DNA of 64,000 bases from Deltaproteobacteria bacterium (lineage in GTDB: Bacteria > Myxococcota > Kuafuiibacteriia > Kuafuiibacteriales > Kuafuiibacteriaceae). The notes beneath the pieces are model-generated. The model was given only the letters and a program-made list of their open reading frames with translations, did not search any database and was not told where the DNA came from. Of the stretch, positions 62,301 through 64,000 are shown in pieces. A program made the position numbers and the translations under genes. Each line of letters opens with the position of its first letter. Positions within the stretch are counted from its first letter, which is position 1. The DNA lies in contig JAVJQW010000062.1 of assembly GCA_040218735.1 (NCBI GenBank), positions 288,001-352,000 of the forward strand, read 5' to 3'.

Positions 62301-62455
62301 GTCACCGTCAGCGTCGGCACCGCGATGTCCGGCGTGAGCTGAATCGGCAGGCGCATGATCGCCAGGACGCCGAACATCACCGTGAGCACGACGCCCACGA
62401 GCACCGTCACCGGCCGCGCGACTGCGGTCGCGACCGGCCCCGAACCGGGGCTCAC
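59339..62455 (-). CDS. RND efflux transporter permease (AcrB/AcrD/AcrF family)
   Basis: GMVVDNAIVVLENI, GVVVNNAILVVD and RIRPIFMS motifs; 1038 aa. Confidence 0.96.
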   Translation of the reverse strand: MSPGSGPVATAVARPVTVLVGVVLTVMFGVLAIMRLPIQLTPDIAVPTLTVTTVWPGAAPTEVESEILEEQEEALKSLSGLVRMESEARLEVGTITLELEVGTPIEEALVRVTNLLSQVPQYPQNARQPVISASNTSGPPLAVITITSKAAGDVTQYRTWVEQRLQPLYERIPGVARVLLIGGRDRELEVAFDETALAARGLTIGAVVSKLRSELVDVSGGDVTVGKRRLLVRTPLAPEQPEELADAVLAVVDGAPVRLQDVATVQLGLRKPQAHVFSDDSPSMVFLLFREAGTNVLEVTRQVKDLTAELEATTMAPRGLKLTVVSDQTGYIEAALDLVRQNLFVGGLLAVLVLLIFLRSVRSSAVVAVAIPVCTLGTALGMSLLGRTINVVSLAGMAFAVGMVVDNAIVVLENIDTVQKERGTIRDAAIIATREVWGAIVASTLTTAVVFIPIITWQDEVGEILRDIAVAISTAVIVSLVVSVLVIPSFARVLLEGREGKSFNLGKLEDVGVRFRDATGGVVAKLARSWWRSFAVMGAALVVAGGATVMLLPSMEYLPTGNRAFAFGILVPPPGYSVEEMRVIGERIQTEVAKHIEQEVDGVPAVSRSFYVGRPENGLMGAGVVDENRTQEFVAWYRELLATVPGMFPIATQASLFGRSIGGGRGVEIDIGGQDLGQLVDTGGAILGAVREAIPGAQVRPIPSLDHGAPEYRVRPDRARAAEVGLSGADIGLAVDALIDGAIIGEYGREGEPKIDVVLTAKGSKDQRGLVDVSALSAAPVATPTGGVVPLRAVATVDEALGPTVIRRIERSRSITIAVSPPDDVALEDAMNTIRTQVVQRLRSEGVIPSEIDVSLSGTAGQLELAKVRLFQVLLLAVVISFLLMAALFEDFLAPIAVMVTVPLAAAGGVVALLLVDRFLGAQTFDMLTAIGFVILIGVVVNNAILVVDGAITNLRAGEPLDVALERAVSRRIRPIFMSALTSIAGLSPLVLFPGSGSELYRGVGAIVLGGLALSTVLTLFVVPAAFVVLWRLRGVKA

Positions 62456-63507
62456 GGCTGGACCGCCTGGCCCGGACGCAGACGCTCGTTGCCGCGCACG
62501 ACGACCACGTCACCGGCCGCGAGACCTTCACCGCGCACCAGCGCCTTGCCTTCCGCCTTCGCGATGACGTCCACGATCATCGGCGAGGCCTTCCCATCGA
62601 CGACGCGCACGATCCGCGTGTTGGTCGGCGACGGGAGGAGCGCGTCCTCCGGTACCACGACCCCGTCTCCCTGCAGCGACACGGGGAACTCGACCTCGAC
62701 CGCGCCGCCCGGGAGCAGCGACGTCGAGCCCTTCGCGCCGACCCGCACGCGCAGCGTCCGCGACTGCGGCGACAGCGCGGGCACCACGCCGAGTACCTCA
62801 CCGTCCACCGGCGGCTTCGCGAGGATCCGCACCGCGTCGCCCGCCGACACGCGCCCGTACAGCTCACGCGCCGCGTCCACGAGGATCTCCACGTCCGCGG
62901 TGGAGACCAGCTCCATCACCGCGTCGCCGGGGCGCACCCAATCACCAACGTCCGCGACTCGGCGCGCGACCACGCCGTCGAACGGCGCGTACACGCGATG
63001 CAAGTTGAGTTGCGCGCGGGCCTCGGCGTGCTGAGCCTCCAGCCCCTTTTGCCGCGACGACAGCTCCCGCACCTTCGACTTGGCGCGCTCCAGCTCGATC
63101 GCCGCGACGACGTTCGCCTTCAGCGACTCCAACCGTTGCAGCTCGCGCTCCGCCTGTTCGAGCGCCTCCTGCCCGGCCTGCACCGACGCCGACGCCACCC
63201 CCACGCGCGCTGCGGCGAGCGCCGGGTCGACCTCCACGAGGAGGTGACCCTTCTTCACGACGTCACCCTCGCGGGCGCGCACCTTCGTCACCGCGCCGCT
63301 CGCGCCCGAGGCGAGGCTCGCGCGCGCCGACGAGCGGACGTCACCGAGGAACCGCCACCGATCCTGAATTGCGCCCGTCTCGACCGAAGCGGTCTCGACC
63401 CGTGCGGGCGGCGGCGCCGATTTTGTCTCCGGCTTCTTGGCTTCGGCTTCACACGCGACGGTCGCGAGGAGCAGCAGGGGGGCGATGCGCTGTGGATCGT
63501 GGGGCAC
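62452..63507 (-). CDS. RND periplasmic adaptor (MFP), lipoprotein
   Basis: Lipobox ATVAC; EGDVVKKG, APFDGVV, VPEDA and GLAAGDVVV motifs. Confidence 0.94.
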   Translation of the reverse strand: MPHDPQRIAPLLLLATVACEAEAKKPETKSAPPPARVETASVETGAIQDRWRFLGDVRSSARASLASGASGAVTKVRAREGDVVKKGHLLVEVDPALAAARVGVASASVQAGQEALEQAERELQRLESLKANVVAAIELERAKSKVRELSSRQKGLEAQHAEARAQLNLHRVYAPFDGVVARRVADVGDWVRPGDAVMELVSTADVEILVDAARELYGRVSAGDAVRILAKPPVDGEVLGVVPALSPQSRTLRVRVGAKGSTSLLPGGAVEVEFPVSLQGDGVVVPEDALLPSPTNTRIVRVVDGKASPMIVDVIAKAEGKALVRGEGLAAGDVVVVRGNERLRPGQAVQP

Positions 63508-63597
63508 GGGTTCCTCGATGGTGCCGTCGACGTCCCCCCCGCGACGACGTCGCGGCGCCCCTCGGGAAACGTCTCAGCCGACCGGAAACAGGTTTCA

Positions 63598-64000
63598 TCA
63601 CGACTTCATTCCGGCGTCGAGGTGGACCCGGAACGCGGCGCCCCCCAACGGGTGGTCGTCGAGCAGGGTGACGGCCCCGCCGTGCGCGCGCGCGACAGCG
63701 TCGACGATCGCGAGCCCGAGCCCGCTCCCACGCGGGCGCTCCGGCGGCCGCGCGGCGAAGAACCGGAGGAACACCTTGTCGCGGTTGCCCTCCGGGACGC
63801 CCGGCCCGTCGTCCGCCACCACGACCTCGGCGCCCCCGTTGGACGCCGTCAACCTGACCTGCACGTTGGATCGTGCGAACTCCGCTGCGTTGTCGACGAG
63901 GTTGTCGACCAGATCGCGGAGGCGCTCGGCGTTCCCGAAGATCACCAGTTCCACGGGCGCCTCGACGGTGAGGGTCACGCCGTCCCGGTGGACGTCGGCG
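63598..64000 (-). CDS. Sensor histidine kinase, C-terminal HATPase domain (5' part outside window)
   Basis: N box NLVDNA, G1 DDGPGV, F box VFLRF and G2 GSGLGLAIV. Confidence 0.93.
   Translation of the reverse strand, partial: ADVHRDGVTLTVEAPVELVIFGNAERLRDLVDNLVDNAAEFARSNVQVRLTASNGGAEVVVADDGPGVPEGNRDKVFLRFFAARPPERPRGSGLGLAIVDAVARAHGGAVTLLDDHPLGGAAFRVHLDAGMKS

Overview
High-GC window from a myxobacteria-like genome (Myxococcota; probably uncultured). Most genes lie on the minus strand, co-oriented with a complete rRNA operon (16S-tRNA-Ile-tRNA-Ala-23S-5S, about 29.5-34.8 kb). Left to right: (1) A bacterial microcompartment (BMC) satellite locus with two EutN/CcmL vertex genes, a class II aldolase and DeoC (both with encapsulation-peptide-like extensions), an exported protein and a thymidine/pyrimidine-nucleoside phosphorylase. 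(2) A GltJ/AgmX-like GYF/TPR/MshEN-REC cluster. (3) truA, a glutaredoxin lipoprotein, adenosine deaminase and a ~2100-aa polytopic membrane protein with in-frame tandem repeats. (4) A PP2C phosphatase, fabF-acpP and a tdk-upp-hpt salvage operon with an NrdR-like box. (5) rrn, gmk-yicC and LPS glycosyltransferases. (6) A degenerate MCP-like protein, REC-DUF4388, a pseudo-amidotransferase and an Hsp70/J pair, with two intergenic repeat arrays in this stretch. (7) xdhC-mocA, lpxL/lpxK, more glycosyltransferases, glutaminase, an RND efflux system and a truncated histidine kinase. The best candidate for a novel system is a microcompartment fed by nucleoside breakdown (possibly prey or environmental DNA). 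No transposase, integrase or CRISPR array was seen. All calls come from motif recognition by eye, without database searches.
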